A stretch of 63,593 nt of DNA, counting the filler, from Octopus bimaculoides (taxonomy: Eukaryota), in the NCBI RefSeq assembly GCF_001194135.2. It is 6 parts of 6 records of this genome, joined end to end, with 100 filler letters (N's around TTAATTAATTAA, not from the genome) between each part and the next. Parts side by side here need not be neighbours in the genome. Positions count along the whole stretch, not along the records: positions 1 to 26,236 come from NC_068982.1; positions 26,337 to 28,209 come from NW_026406775.1; 4 more parts are not named here. The stretch is one strand, 5' to 3'. The translations under genes and the position numbers were made by a program. The notes beneath the pieces were generated by a model. That model worked only from the letters and a program-made list of their open reading frames with translations, searched no databases and was not told the origin of the DNA. Positions 14,602-26,889 of the stretch are shown here, in pieces (the stretch's first letter is position 1; each line of letters starts with the position of its first letter).

Positions 14602-14892
14602 GAAAGTTGAATAAGGAGACGAACTAACGGAATGCTGCTAAACCATTTATATCTTGAATTCTTCTACATATGTTTCGACGGATGCACTCCAAAATGTCCG
14701 ACAAGATAAATTATGGTCAGCAATGCATCAGTCTCATCACGAAGGATATAAATAACAAACTCATCAGATATGTTGACGAAAATAGAAAGTCCTATAAAAT
14801 GAAACCTATTTATATTCATATGCACACTGAATTGTGTGAGGTGTAAATACAAACATACCTACAAAATAACGAAAACGTTTACACATAAATAT

Positions 14893-14969
<77 letters not shown>

Positions 14970-16595
14970 CATACATATATATATATACCCAAACACGCGT
15001 ATATATATTCAAATACATACATAGATAGGCAGAAATAAACTCACATGCATATGCATATATATCTATACATATACTCGTAAATATTCTCGCGGCAACAATA
15101 CAGAAGCATACTTACGCTAAAGTATACGTCTACGATCACATACTTCCACACATAAAGAAACAATCATAGACATATAAAAGAGCATGCACATACTGAAACA
15201 TCGATAGACCCAAACACATAATTGCCATACGTACACACACTTACTTAAGCATAAATACGTTAATGTTCATTCACAATATACTAAAATACGTGTCTATGTA
15301 TTATGTGTATGTATATCAATGCGTGTCTATGTTTAATATGTTTGTTACCCCCTCTCTAACAATGCACCAGAAACACTTCGGCAAAATTCTGATCGAATAA
15401 GTAAAATCTATGTTTACTAAGAAAATATAAACCACGATTAATGCCCTTAACAACACACCAGAATGTGAAGTCAATTTATTCACGAAAAACTAGGAATAAC
15501 AAATATAAATCAAAAGTTTAAGTAACGGAATTCGAAAGCTTAACTCCAAACGACTGTACAATAACATCTTACACCCTCTTAAACACTGGTTGATGACGTC
15601 ACCAAAAGCTTAACCAATAAGAGTTTTCCAGGTCTATACCGCTTCCTCTGCAAAAAATAAAACCATTGAGGTGATCGATGGTAGTGTGTCCTTAAGGGGA
15701 TCAATGAACCGGAACGCTGGATGACGGTCAGGTAAAAACAAGCTACCAAGAGCTTTCACAAAAATAATACAAATGACGTAAGCAGAAAATCAACCACCCA
15801 GAGCACCGGATGTCAAGCTGGTCAAAACAAGAAAAAAAAAAAGAAAAGAGACAAGCAAGTGACACCTTCAGGTAGTGAACCAAGAGCGCTGGGCTTCTGC
15901 CAAACCAAAATATTTGACCTCATCATCCTTAAAACTGGTAACATTCAGGCAGTCAGCCAGTAAAAACACTAGACCATATGCAGAAGGGTTACTAATGATG
16001 TCATTAAATTTACAATGAATCAGAGCTTGAACCTTTGGCGTAAAAATCTATGTCTATAAAACAATTCGAATATAGAATAATTCCCCAGCAAAACCAGCAA
16101 CAAAGAATCCTCCTTCATGCACCACGGCAGAAATTGTAAAATAACCATTTTTTTCTTTTTTCTTACTCTTTCAAAAATTTCATCGTAGCTAATTGTTAAT
16201 ATAATTTATTGTTACTGAATTTTCAATCTTGACTGTTATGAAATTTATCGAGCATTTGAACTTGTATTACTGTTTATCTCTGTGAAACTTATTGAATATT
16301 GAAATTTGTATGAACATTCCATCTTTTGATCATTTATTTTTTTTTTTGCCGAATTTTCATTTGTACATTCATTTCTCTCAAACTATTTCAATTTACTATT
16401 GAGAAACAAAACCAAAAAGATTCAAAATTTGTTACAGATTTATCTTAATATGTATGTATTAAAGAAAAGAAAATGGAAAATGAGTACACGTTTTTAGACT
16501 CGTATCCAATTTTAACACCGAAAACCTACTCTCCTATATATATATAAGCGGACGCGTGACAGTTTGCATAAGTGTCTTTTAGTTTAGTCTTAAGC

Positions 16596-16928
16596 CGACC
16601 AAAGCCTTGTGAGTAGATTTGCTAGAATGGAACGATAATAATCCCATCATATGTGTGTGAATGTATATATATATATATATAGAGAGAGAGATGTCTGTCT
16701 ATATCAGTGTGTCTTTGTGTCAACGTTTGTCCCCATGACACTGGCAACTGGTGTTTGTGTGTTCACGTCCCAGTTACTTAGAGGTTTGGCAAAATAGACC
16801 GATAGAATAAGTAGCAGGCTTACGAAAGTAATAAGTAATGGGATCGATTCGTCTGACTAGAATTGACGGAAGCGGTGCCCCAGCTTGGCCACAGTCAAAG
16901 TGACTGAAACAAGTACAAGATAAACGAA

Positions 16929-16929
<1 letters not shown>
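16596..16929 (+). mobile_element. Family A SINE, 5'-truncated
   Basis: CCGACCAAAGCCTTGTGAGTAGATTTG...GACCGATAGAATAAGTA...GTGACTGAAACAAGTA. Confidence 0.75.
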
Positions 16930-16994
<65 letters not shown>

Positions 16995-18475
16995 GTATGC
17001 ATTTATGATAAATATGTTCGTCTCTTTCCAAGTATGTGCTTTCAGTTTTCAGTTGGGCCACATTCTCACCAGTTTAGCTTAGAGGCTGAGTACACGTTCC
17101 GCGGCAGATTCACCGTGGTACAATAATGATAATCCTGGGCTCTTGAATTACATGTGCAATATATCCCGTAGGCTTGTCCATAGCCGCCATCTACACAATT
17201 TCACAAACCTCTTGTTGTTTGACACGCGCCTATGTTAACGACTACACGCAATTGAGTTCGAGCACGCGATGTTGTCATGCAAAGCGCACATTTTAGCCAC
17301 TAGGAAGGTCTGAGACTGGAAGGAGTCTATTCGTGACAGAAATTCTTTCCTGTAAAATAAAATAAAATAAAATAAATATTAGATTGTGGAGCTTAAAACT
17401 AATACAATTCATGAATAGCATAATCCATAAACATCAGATATCCAGATAAGCAGAATTTCGGTTAAAATTCAACGAAAATTAATTTGTATTACAAAACAAA
17501 AACGGCGAAGCAAAAAGTTTACGATAAAGAATGTATAATCAAATTTTTTTAATTTAGGTCTTTCAAATATCTAAAAGAATATTTATATTTTTATAACTGT
17601 AGGATAGTAAAAAAAAAAAATAATAAATTCTTTACAATATTCAGCGACATCCGTTTTTCTATGAATAATTTCAATATCAGCGATTTAATTCCTACCGGAG
17701 ATGGAGGGAAATTAATCAATAAAAACGTTTATGTATCAAGGTCAACAGCTGTACTTTTAATGTAGAGTCTATTATTAAAAACACTTTTGGTTATAGGATC
17801 TGTTATTCAAGTAAATTAGGAAAAATAAGCAATTAGACCAGTTGATACGCAGCGAGAATATTGTGTGTAGTTAACAGCAAATTTCCATTTTGTTTGATTC
17901 AATCTACGCTCCCATCTTGATAAATATTTGATAGGTCGTGCATCAACAAATATAGATTCATCATCATAATCATCACCATTATATATATATATATATATAT
18001 CATCATAAATATACAGGGATTAGCAATTGAGTTGCTNNNNNNNNNNNNNNNNNNNNNNNNNNNNNNNNNNNNNNNNNNNNNNNNNNNNNNNNNNNNNNNN
18101 NNNNNNNNNNNNNNNNNNNNNNNNNNNNNNNNNNNNNNNNNNNNNNNNNNNNNNNNNNNNNNNNNNNNNNNNNNNNNNNNNNNNNNNNNNNNNNNNNNNN
18201 NNNNNNNNNNNNNNNNNNNNNNNNNNNNNNNNNNNNNNNNNNNNNNNNNNNNNNNNNNNNNNNNNNNNNNNNNNNNNNNNNNNNNNNNNNNNNNNNNNNN
18301 NNNNNNNNNNNNNNNNNNNNNNNNNNNNNNNNNNNNNNNNNNNNNNNNNNNNNNNNNNNNNNATTTATGATGATAAATAGTTTTACCGATAAAGGTTTTT
18401 TTTCATACTGAACTACTTGGCAAAATTGTTAATTATTAATTCTATTATTAATTGACGATTCTCTGCCCTTATTCT

Positions 18476-18520
<45 letters not shown>

Positions 18521-18991
18521 TCATATACTCACACGAATGCATACGTGTATACTTGTTTGTATATATATGTATGCATTCATACAATTGTGTATGTAATTTT
18601 CTGTGTGTTTGTTTGTCTAATCTTTGTATTTTCACTCAACATTTATTTAACATTTGGCTATTGAAACTGGCCATATCGAGTACAGATATTTTGATTATTT
18701 TATATCGAAATAGGCAGATTCAGGCTCTCATATCTATTCAACAGCGTTATTTTAAATATAAACAATCACGTCATCGAAATCTCAGTTAGGAAATAATGCT
18801 CGATTAATTCAAAGTAATGTGTTTGAATAAATCAGGATTATATTTCACAGAGTAACCTAAATATTAAAGGATTAAGCTAACACAAATCCATGTGGTGAAT
18901 ATCGTAGAGTAAATTAAATTATTCCAGGAACCAAAACAATATCAGCCCATACCACATACACTGAGACATATAGTGTTTGCTGAAAGGAATA

Positions 18992-19189
18992 TAGTAATCC
19001 CTCGTCATATCGCGGTTCACCTATCGCGTACTCAGTACATCGTGGATTTTTCCGGCTAAATTCATATCACAGACTCCTCAGTATATCCGGGTTTCTGCGG
19101 CCGATAGGTATCTATATTTTTTTTTAGATTTTAATTATTTCTGTGGGAGGTTTTGGAACGTAATTCCCGCGATGTTCGAGGGATGACTG
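18992..19189. mobile_element. pogo/Tigger-like MITE
   Basis: Imperfect TIRs (C/T)AGTAATCCCTCG..ATCGCGG / CCCGCGATGTTCGAGGGATGACTG with TA flanks. Same family as 25235-25458. Confidence 0.75.
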
Positions 19190-19545
19190 TACTGCTTGTA
19201 TTACAAGAAAACGCTAGAATGTTGCTCCATGGAAAGTGAAGGGTTATAAAACAAGAACAACACAAAATGATAGAAATAATGAGGCTAATTACAATGGTGT
19301 TTGTGTTCATTATAGTAGCCCTTAATTATTCGAATTTGCTGATCGTGATGAAGCACAAGAAATTAGAACTTGGAATAAAAATGTCTTTAGAAGTAACAGC
19401 GAGTGTTTAAAGTGATTCCTATTTAGGGAGCTGCAAAATATTGAACGTATGAGATATTATTTTAGAAAAATGCTCTCGAAGTTTTGTTATAAAATATACT
19501 GGCTGTTTCTTCCTTCGATGAGTGTGTGGTTGTGCGGGTGCGTAT

Positions 19546-19703
19546 GTGTGTGGCTGTGTGGTAAGAAGCTTGCGTCTTAACGATATGGGTTCAGTCCCAT
19601 TGCATGGCACCTTCGGCAACTGTGTCTTCTACGTTGGCCACAGTTCGGCCAAATCCTTGGGGGATGATTAGGTAGATGGAAAGTGAAAGAACCCCATCAT
19701 ATA
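19546..19703 (+). mobile_element. Family A SINE, 5' half
   Basis: GGCTGTGTGGTAAGAAGCTTGC...GGGTTCAGTCCCATTGCATGGCACC. Confidence 0.7.
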
Positions 19704-20416
19704 TAATCACTGTGCAATGATTAAAGAATATAGTCTAATAATAGAGCATATTTACGAATAAACGAACTTTAGGTCAGTTATAATATGTCTGTGGCATATT
19801 GTAACTTCTAAAGACAAATTCACTGCAGTTACCCTGAAGAAAAAATCCCCCGTATGGTAAAATGTGTGAAAACAGCAACCCCTTATCTGCAGAGTGTTCC
19901 CATTAAGTCAACGATTTAAGGACTGTGTGAAGTTCTCACTGAAGTCATGTGAAATATGGAACTTCAGTTGGAAAACAAGGTTTGTCGTAGCCACGAATGG
20001 AGGAAACAAATAACTTAGTGGATATTTGGGAGGGGAGGGGAATATTTTCATGTAGAATTTAAGTGAGATGTTCGAAAACGCAGCTCCAATGTAGTGAATA
20101 GGATATGCTTGTTCTGCAATACCTGTGGACGTGTATCTTTACCAAGAGCCGGGCTTATTATTTACGTGGGGAGCTACATGTGTAGAGTGTATGTTTATCT
20201 GAGTGCACAACGTTCTGAAAAATGTTCTTAGGACCATTTAACACCTGGAAGAATTGATCCAACAGTAGACACATTTTTCACCAACTGTGTGTGTGAGATA
20301 ACAAGGAATGACTGCATGCATCACGCTGTCTTTAAGAGAAATAGTAGCCAAGACACGATCAAAGTATACTCTACCAACTTGTATATATATGAGTCCATAT
20401 AATACTATATATATAT

Positions 20417-20473
<57 letters not shown>

Positions 20474-20513
20474 GAGAGAGAGAGAAAAAAGGTTCTGCTT
20501 TGGCTAAAAAAAA

Positions 20514-20600
20514 TACAGTTCTTGGCGGGAGGATGAGAAGTTCCTGGCTTTGGGGTAAAGAAAATACAGGAGGATCAGTTACCTATGATTTTATGATGTG
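20514..20600 (+). mobile_element. Mariner-like terminal fragment
   Basis: TACAG...GAGAAGTTCCTGGCTTTG resembles a mariner TIR (TACGAGGG..GAAAAGTTCCTGGCTTT). No partner TIR or ORF found. Confidence 0.35.
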
Positions 20601-20792
20601 GCAATTTTATAAAACAAAATCGACAGAACACCACTGGAAAATACAAAAACTACAAGAAGCAGCACATATGCTAGGACACAACCTCCTAAGCAGACTGAGT
20701 GCAGATATGAATAGCATATGGGGACCAATATTAAGGAAGGGTAGGAAAATATCAGATTTATAATCCCTAAAATTAACTCCATAATTCCTCAC

Positions 20793-20972
20793 GGCCATAT
20801 GCCGTAGTTGTTAAGAACGCGGGCTACTAACCCCAAGATTCCGAGTTCGATTCCAAGCAGTGGCCTGAATAATAATAATTTTCCCAAGACACCTGATGAA
20901 GGCTGGACGGTATATCAGCCGAAACGTTGTGTTAACAAACACGATGAGAAATATCCGTCAAATGTAAATAAT
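20793..20972 (+). mobile_element. tRNA-derived SINE carrying a hammerhead ribozyme
   Basis: tRNA-like head 20793-20866: GGCCA/TGGCC acceptor-like ends, A box TGCCGTAGTTG, B box GAGTTCGATTCC, loop CTACTAA. Followed by an (AAT)n linker and an HHR. Confidence 0.7.
20888..20933 (+). ncRNA. Minimal type I hammerhead ribozyme (Penelope-type)
   Basis: Stem I GACAC/GTGTT; CTGATGA 20893-20899 plus one extra A; stem II GGCTG/CAGCC; GAAA 20921-20924; loopless palindromic stem III AACGTT; GTT triplet. Confidence 0.8.
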
Positions 20973-22693
20973 TAGCAGTATATGTAAATAGATAACGCTG
21001 TTGGTTTCTGTTACGTAGTGTTATTATAAAGAGAGCATCTGGGTTTCCAAAACTTGAATTACCAACGCAAGGTTGGCCCTGCAATTTGATGAAGAGCAAA
21101 GCAATGCTCGGTTTGATAACGAAATTGAAGCCTTTCAAACTGAAGATGCCAGTAGTTTTCTGAAAATGAAACTACAATCTTTACAAATTTTTCTAACACG
21201 ATTGGTATGACCTAAACATGGGGTACTTATAGTTTTCGTATTTTCCAGTGGTGTTCTTCTGTCTATTATTTTATAAAATCGCTAATGTAGTAGCTTCTTG
21301 GTTTATTCTGGTTACAATACTCGAATACATCTGCAAGATCCATCATTCGTAAACGTTACAAAATAGTGAATTACAAAGAGGTCTTGTAATACATGGTTAT
21401 AATCATTTGTTTGACAATAACACGACTAAGGAGAAAGTTTAAAACTATATGAATATTAATCCTTTGGATTATTTCTCAGAATAATTTATATACAGTGTAT
21501 GTAAATTTATCTTCTAGCGATCAGCAATCAACTATAATTTATACGATTCAATTCGATGCAGTGTCTTCAGAGATAAAAACTATCTCCAAACACTGCATAT
21601 ATAATCTAGAAATATCAGATTCAATTCAAATGAAATTATATCTAATATAAGACTAATACATATTGTTACTAGTCGAATATTTAAATTCGCTATTTTCCCA
21701 AGATTTTCCAATATATTTTACACAAAATTGATTAAAATGCTTGAATATATAATAAGATGAACACATGCGTTTCTTTTGCATCTAGACAACGCACACATAT
21801 TCATATCGACTTCACACGCATTTACACACGTGCATATCTACGTATGTGTATAAACAGAATGACTCCACATTTACATACGCGCACGTGTATGTCTACGCGT
21901 ACGCATGCATATAGCTATGCGTATCTAGATAAATCTTTACATATTTAGCTATTTAACTTCACGATCACATTTTGAATGGAGCTGGAAACCGGTAAATCTA
22001 ACATGATGGTAACAATATAGATGCACACTATGCGAAAAAGTCAATCTAGACGGAAATGTTACATAGAACCAAGAAGAATACAAATGTATGTCATCTCAGA
22101 ACTTCAGAAGTGATATGCAGGTGGCAATGTAAAACTGGATATGTATAGAATTGTTGCAATTAATTCATCCACTTAGATGAAAACCTATCTTTTACAATGA
22201 AGTATAAGTTCGTTACTGTAGACTTGAAGTGCAGAATATGAAGAAATTCTCTTAATCAGAACGACAAACCTCTATAAAAAAAACAAAAGGCAATTTATAA
22301 TCCTGGTACCTACACATACGAATGCAAATCGATAATTGATCGAATTCTTGTTTCGGTAATATATTAGAACAAAAGCAGGAGTAAAACAATTACATAATCT
22401 CCTTGCTTTTCGATGCACTTCTTCTAGTGGGCCACAAGCTTATTTATTCCATTGAAAAATATTTTCGGTCAGTCGCTTAGCAATTTGTGCGCCACTCTCT
22501 GAACGTTTTCGCCCGTAGGAAATGGACAACCTCGTAAAAGAGGTATGCGCCGCTCAAATAATGTTATGGCTGGAAGGGGCGAGATCTAGACTGCATTCAG
22601 AATGTTCCAGCAACTCGAAAACAAATTATACAATGATTTCAAAAGTGTGGTGGCCATATGAGAGCGTGCATTATTATGCACTAATAACACTAG

Positions 22694-22851
22694 CTTGTAA
22701 AAGGGGTCTAGAGTCACAAGTATAGGCTACAGTTAAATGCAGGCCAACAAACTAAAACCAGTCTCAGAGCTTGGTATGAGTTGCTGGTTTCAGTTTGTTT
22801 ACCTGCATTTCACTGTAGCCTATACTTCTGACTGTAGACCACTTATACAAG
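22694..22851. repeat. Long hairpin / fold-back MITE
   Basis: ~68-bp imperfect arms (22694-22761, 22784-22851) with core AAGTATAGGCTACAGT / ACTGTAGCCTATACTT and a 22-nt loop. Confidence 0.85.
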
Positions 22852-22854
22852 TAA

Positions 22855-23250
22855 TGTCCCAGTATTGGCGATTTTGTGACCCCTAAACGGTTAGCATCAC
22901 TTCTTTCTGAGGAAGGTTGAGTCTTTGATTTCTTTTTCGCTGGCGATTCCGGCTGTTTCCATTCTATTTTGTAATTTTATGCGCTCATACGCTTCGGTAA
23001 GATCAATTAGCACCATCTCGCACAGGTTTTACGTAAGCGACGCTTGTCGTGGATTATCTCGTATGCAGAGCATCTGCTAATTTGCTGAGAACATGCAGTC
23101 TCGTCGATGGTCACTAATTGGTTCATCAGAACCATCTGTCGTGCTTGTTGAATGTTCACGTATGTGGTGGATTGATGGACATCTTGCTCCATATATAAAG
23201 AAAGCTTTGGTTTCGGTGCGGATAATTTTTGACTTCCCCTAGTATATATA
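22855..23250 (-). mobile_element. Mariner transposase 5' fragment
   Basis: STT..NIQQARQMVL...VTIDE...AYEIIHDK..RKTCARW and MEWKQPESPAKKKSKTQPS..VMLTV; TIR-like end near 23245. Confidence 0.75.
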
Positions 23251-24387
23251 TCAACTTCACTAAAAAAAAAAAAAATAAAAAAAAAAAAAAACGCAGCGGA
23301 ATCCCAACAGTGACCAATCCGCAATTGATTCGAAAATAATACGAATAGCAAATAATGAATATTTTAAGTGAACTTAACAAACTTTCTGGATCTTTGAATG
23401 TCTAATAAGTCTCTCCAACGATACAATCGCTCTTGCTACAACGCAGGTATGGGATCGAATCACATAACTGGCAAATGCGCCTTCAAATCTCTCTATAGTC
23501 ATTTAAAAATCCATGTGACAGTTGCTTAGAATATTTTGGAGCACGAGAATATAAAAATCGAAATTGAGAAAATAGAAATTTCTTATCTGCAAGGACTTGT
23601 CTTTGCACAGCTGCGGGAAAAATCTGTGAGACAAGATTTGTAGACTTAATTCATGGTTGAACACCACCAAATGAGTCTATCAATTGTTTCAAAGAAATAA
23701 TGCGGGTAGATAATCAACGAGTAAAAATGGTTTCATTATAATAATATTACGCATGAACAAAACTTACATGGGAAGAGAGACGTGCATAAATAATTTTATC
23801 AACGTAAAAATTCATGGGTCTAATATAATGCTGTTAGTTCAAATATACAGGAAAAAAATTGAATTGACACACTATTTCCTCTGCTCTTTATTTTTACTTG
23901 CACACTTAATCATTCTCATGCAGTAATTGTCTTTTATCTATCATTTACTTGTATATGTTGTACAAATATTTTTTATCATCATGCATTTATAGCACGTTGC
24001 AACATCATAATTCTCATTTGCTCATTTATGTCCATAAAAGCCTATTACTAACGTTAAAATAGGCCAGTAAAACATTTTATCATATGACAAGTCAGCAAAT
24101 CAGAGAGACGATAACATATTCAGTGTAAACAATTCCGATGTTCAGTTTTCTGAGATCCAAATACTATCTTCTAAACATTTTGTACAATATTCATTGATAT
24201 TTATTAGTTTTAACCAGTTATAATCCGCTGCAGCCTGTAATTTTACAAAATAAATTCGCCGTGTAGAAGCAAATCATTTCCTCTTCTTCGTCAACCTTAT
24301 ATTTCAACCATATGAATTCTATTTCATATTGCCGTTCGCGATTTCATTTACTGCTCAACATTAATTATTTTACCTTTCCTTTTACAT

Positions 24388-24620
24388 TCTCTCTCTCTGT
24401 GCTTCTCTCTCTCTCTCTCTGTGCTTCTCTCTCTCTCTCTGTGCTTCTCTCTCTCTCTCTGTGCTTCTCTCTCTCTCTCTCTGTGCTTCTCTCTCTCTCT
24501 CTCTGTGCTTCTCTCTCTCTCTCTGTGCTGCTTCTCTCTCTCTCTGTGCTTCTCTCTCTCTCTCTCTCTCTCTGCTTCTCTCTTTCTCTGTGCTTCTCTC
24601 TCTCACTCTCTCTCTCTCTC
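24388..24620. repeat. (CT)n-based minisatellite, ~20-bp unit CTGTGCTTCTCTCTCTCTCT
   Basis: About eight GTGCT(T) interruptions in a CT tract. Confidence 0.9.
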
Positions 24621-24623
24621 ACG

Positions 24624-24660
<37 letters not shown>

Positions 24661-24768
24661 AAACACGCGTTCACAAATAGGAATGTGGCTGTTATCTTTC
24701 GCGTAAATGTCGCGTACGCTTTAATAACGACGTAAATGTGCCACTTGATATGCATACATACACACGTA

Positions 24769-24849
<81 letters not shown>

Positions 24850-25234
24850 GTTCACAAATAGGAACGTGGTTGAATTATCTTTCGCGTAAATGTTGCGTTC
24901 GCTTTAATAAGGATGCAAATGTGCCGCTTGATATTATTATAATGCCCATGTGTATGTAATATTGTTGATTGTCATTTCCAACATATAAGCTTTACAGACA
25001 TCGACGTTAATCATTCTGGGAATATTACGGTAGTGAACTGAAACAAAACTATTAATTGTATCGTTTTCAGTAATTTGTGATAAATAATAAACACAATTAA
25101 GTGGCTGTCTTTACATGAATAAACCTTTCGTGGTAAATATATTAAAGCATAGTCAATTGCTGTCAGTCCTTATACAAATGTTTCAGGACTTCAGAAACGC
25201 TTCTGAAAATACAACTCGGGTAGAAATTTAATTA

Positions 25235-25458
25235 TAACAATCCATCGCTATATCGCGGTTTACCTATCGCGATTTATGATTTAAGCTTACGTTGATTCAT
25301 CCGTGATGATGTTTTGCATTTATAATCAAATAAATATATGCAAATTATAAAAATAATAGATACATATATACAGTACAGCACTGTTTCTGCTTCGTGGATT
25401 TTCACCCATCGCAGGGGTCCTTTGGAACGTAAGACCCCCGATAGTCGAGAGATTACTG
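25235..25458. mobile_element. pogo/Tigger-like MITE, second copy
   Basis: Shares TATCGCGGTT(T/C)ACCTATCGCG and the TTGGAACGTAA...CGA..GATTACTG ends with 18992-19189. Confidence 0.7.
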
Positions 25459-25961
25459 TGCTGTGAACAAGAATAGGAACAATGGTTCATAAATATTGCT
25501 TGCCATTTTTGCCTAAATTTCTACAAGTTCTCTTAGAGAGATTTCCTAGTTATTTAATGGTGCAGTGTAGTGGTTTCACTATAGAGAAACAGCTACACTA
25601 ACTCTTTTAATGTATGGTCTAGATCAAACATGAAAAACACTCGAGCAGTAAGTTAAGATTTGAGTTGCTTTTGATTGGAATTTGGTGCGGTGTAACATGC
25701 AAGGATTCTATTCCAAGTGACTGTAATTTAGGGAAAATAATTAGCAAATTATGGTTCAGCAAACGTAGGAAATGCAGGAGAGAAGCGGATATCTATCATT
25801 TTTAAGAGTCTGCTTTGCTTGAGATGTGTGATGGACATGACAGAGATAAACGATTAATACGAAAGATTAGAAATGCCACTTAACTTCGGGTGGTAACCAG
25901 TCTCCTTTTATCTATTTCTCTGATAAAATGTGATATGATACAATATGCTATGATGTAATAT

Positions 25962-26006
<45 letters not shown>

Positions 26007-26202
26007 AGGGCGTATATACATGGTTACGCACTGATGCATAAATACGTAAGGACAGACACATAAATGCATACACACACATGCACACACATATATACACACA
26101 CATACAGATGTATAAATAAATGAATACATACATATACGTACATATACTCACATACACACACATATATATATATATATATATACATATATACATAAATTTA
26201 TA

Positions 26203-26236
<34 letters not shown>

Positions 26237-26336
26237 NNNNNNNNNNNNNNNNNNNNNNNNNNNNNNNNNNNNNNNNNNNNTTAATTAATTAANNNNNNNN
26301 NNNNNNNNNNNNNNNNNNNNNNNNNNNNNNNNNNNN
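26237..26336. other. Artificial assembly join N44-TTAATTAATTAA-N44 (also 28210-28309, 57236-57335, 59657-59756, 62390-62489)
   Basis: Five identical 100-bp blocks; TTAATTAATTAA places a stop codon in all six frames. Confidence 0.95.
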
Positions 26337-26443
26337 TACATATATACATATACATATATATATATAAATATATACATATACATATACATATAAAAATATA
26401 TACATATACATATAAATATATATATATATACATATACATATAG

Positions 26444-26474
<31 letters not shown>

Positions 26475-26834
26475 AATATATACATGTATATATATATAAA
26501 TATATAAATATATACATGTATATATATATAAATATATAAATATATATATATATATACATGTATATATATAAATATATAAATATATATATAAATATATATA
26601 AATATATATATAAATATATATAAATATAAATATAAATATATATATATAAATATAAATATATATCAATATAAATATGTATCAACATATATATAAATATATG
26701 TATTAATATATATATAAACATATATATATATAATTATATATAAATATATATTTAAATATATAAATAAATATATATTTAAATATATAAATAAATATATATT
26801 TAAATATATAAATAAATATATAAATAAATATATA

Positions 26835-26881
<47 letters not shown>
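26337..26881. repeat. Compound AT-rich low-complexity satellite
   Basis: TA/TACA/TAAA units with short higher-order repeats, e.g. AAATATATATTTAAATATATAAAT x3. Confidence 0.95.
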
Positions 26882-26884
<3 letters not shown>

Positions 26885-26889
26885 AAAGA

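Noticed and set aside
14650-14712. Minus-strand GGA...TCCGTC-GAAAC-ATAT-GTA-GAAGA, resembling the 3' half of a hammerhead
   Set aside because: No CTGANGA core at the required position.
20793-20866. Possible tRNA gene (ACT anticodon)
   Set aside because: Anticodon stem only 3 bp, acceptor stem broken, no long Ser variable arm; treated as a SINE head.
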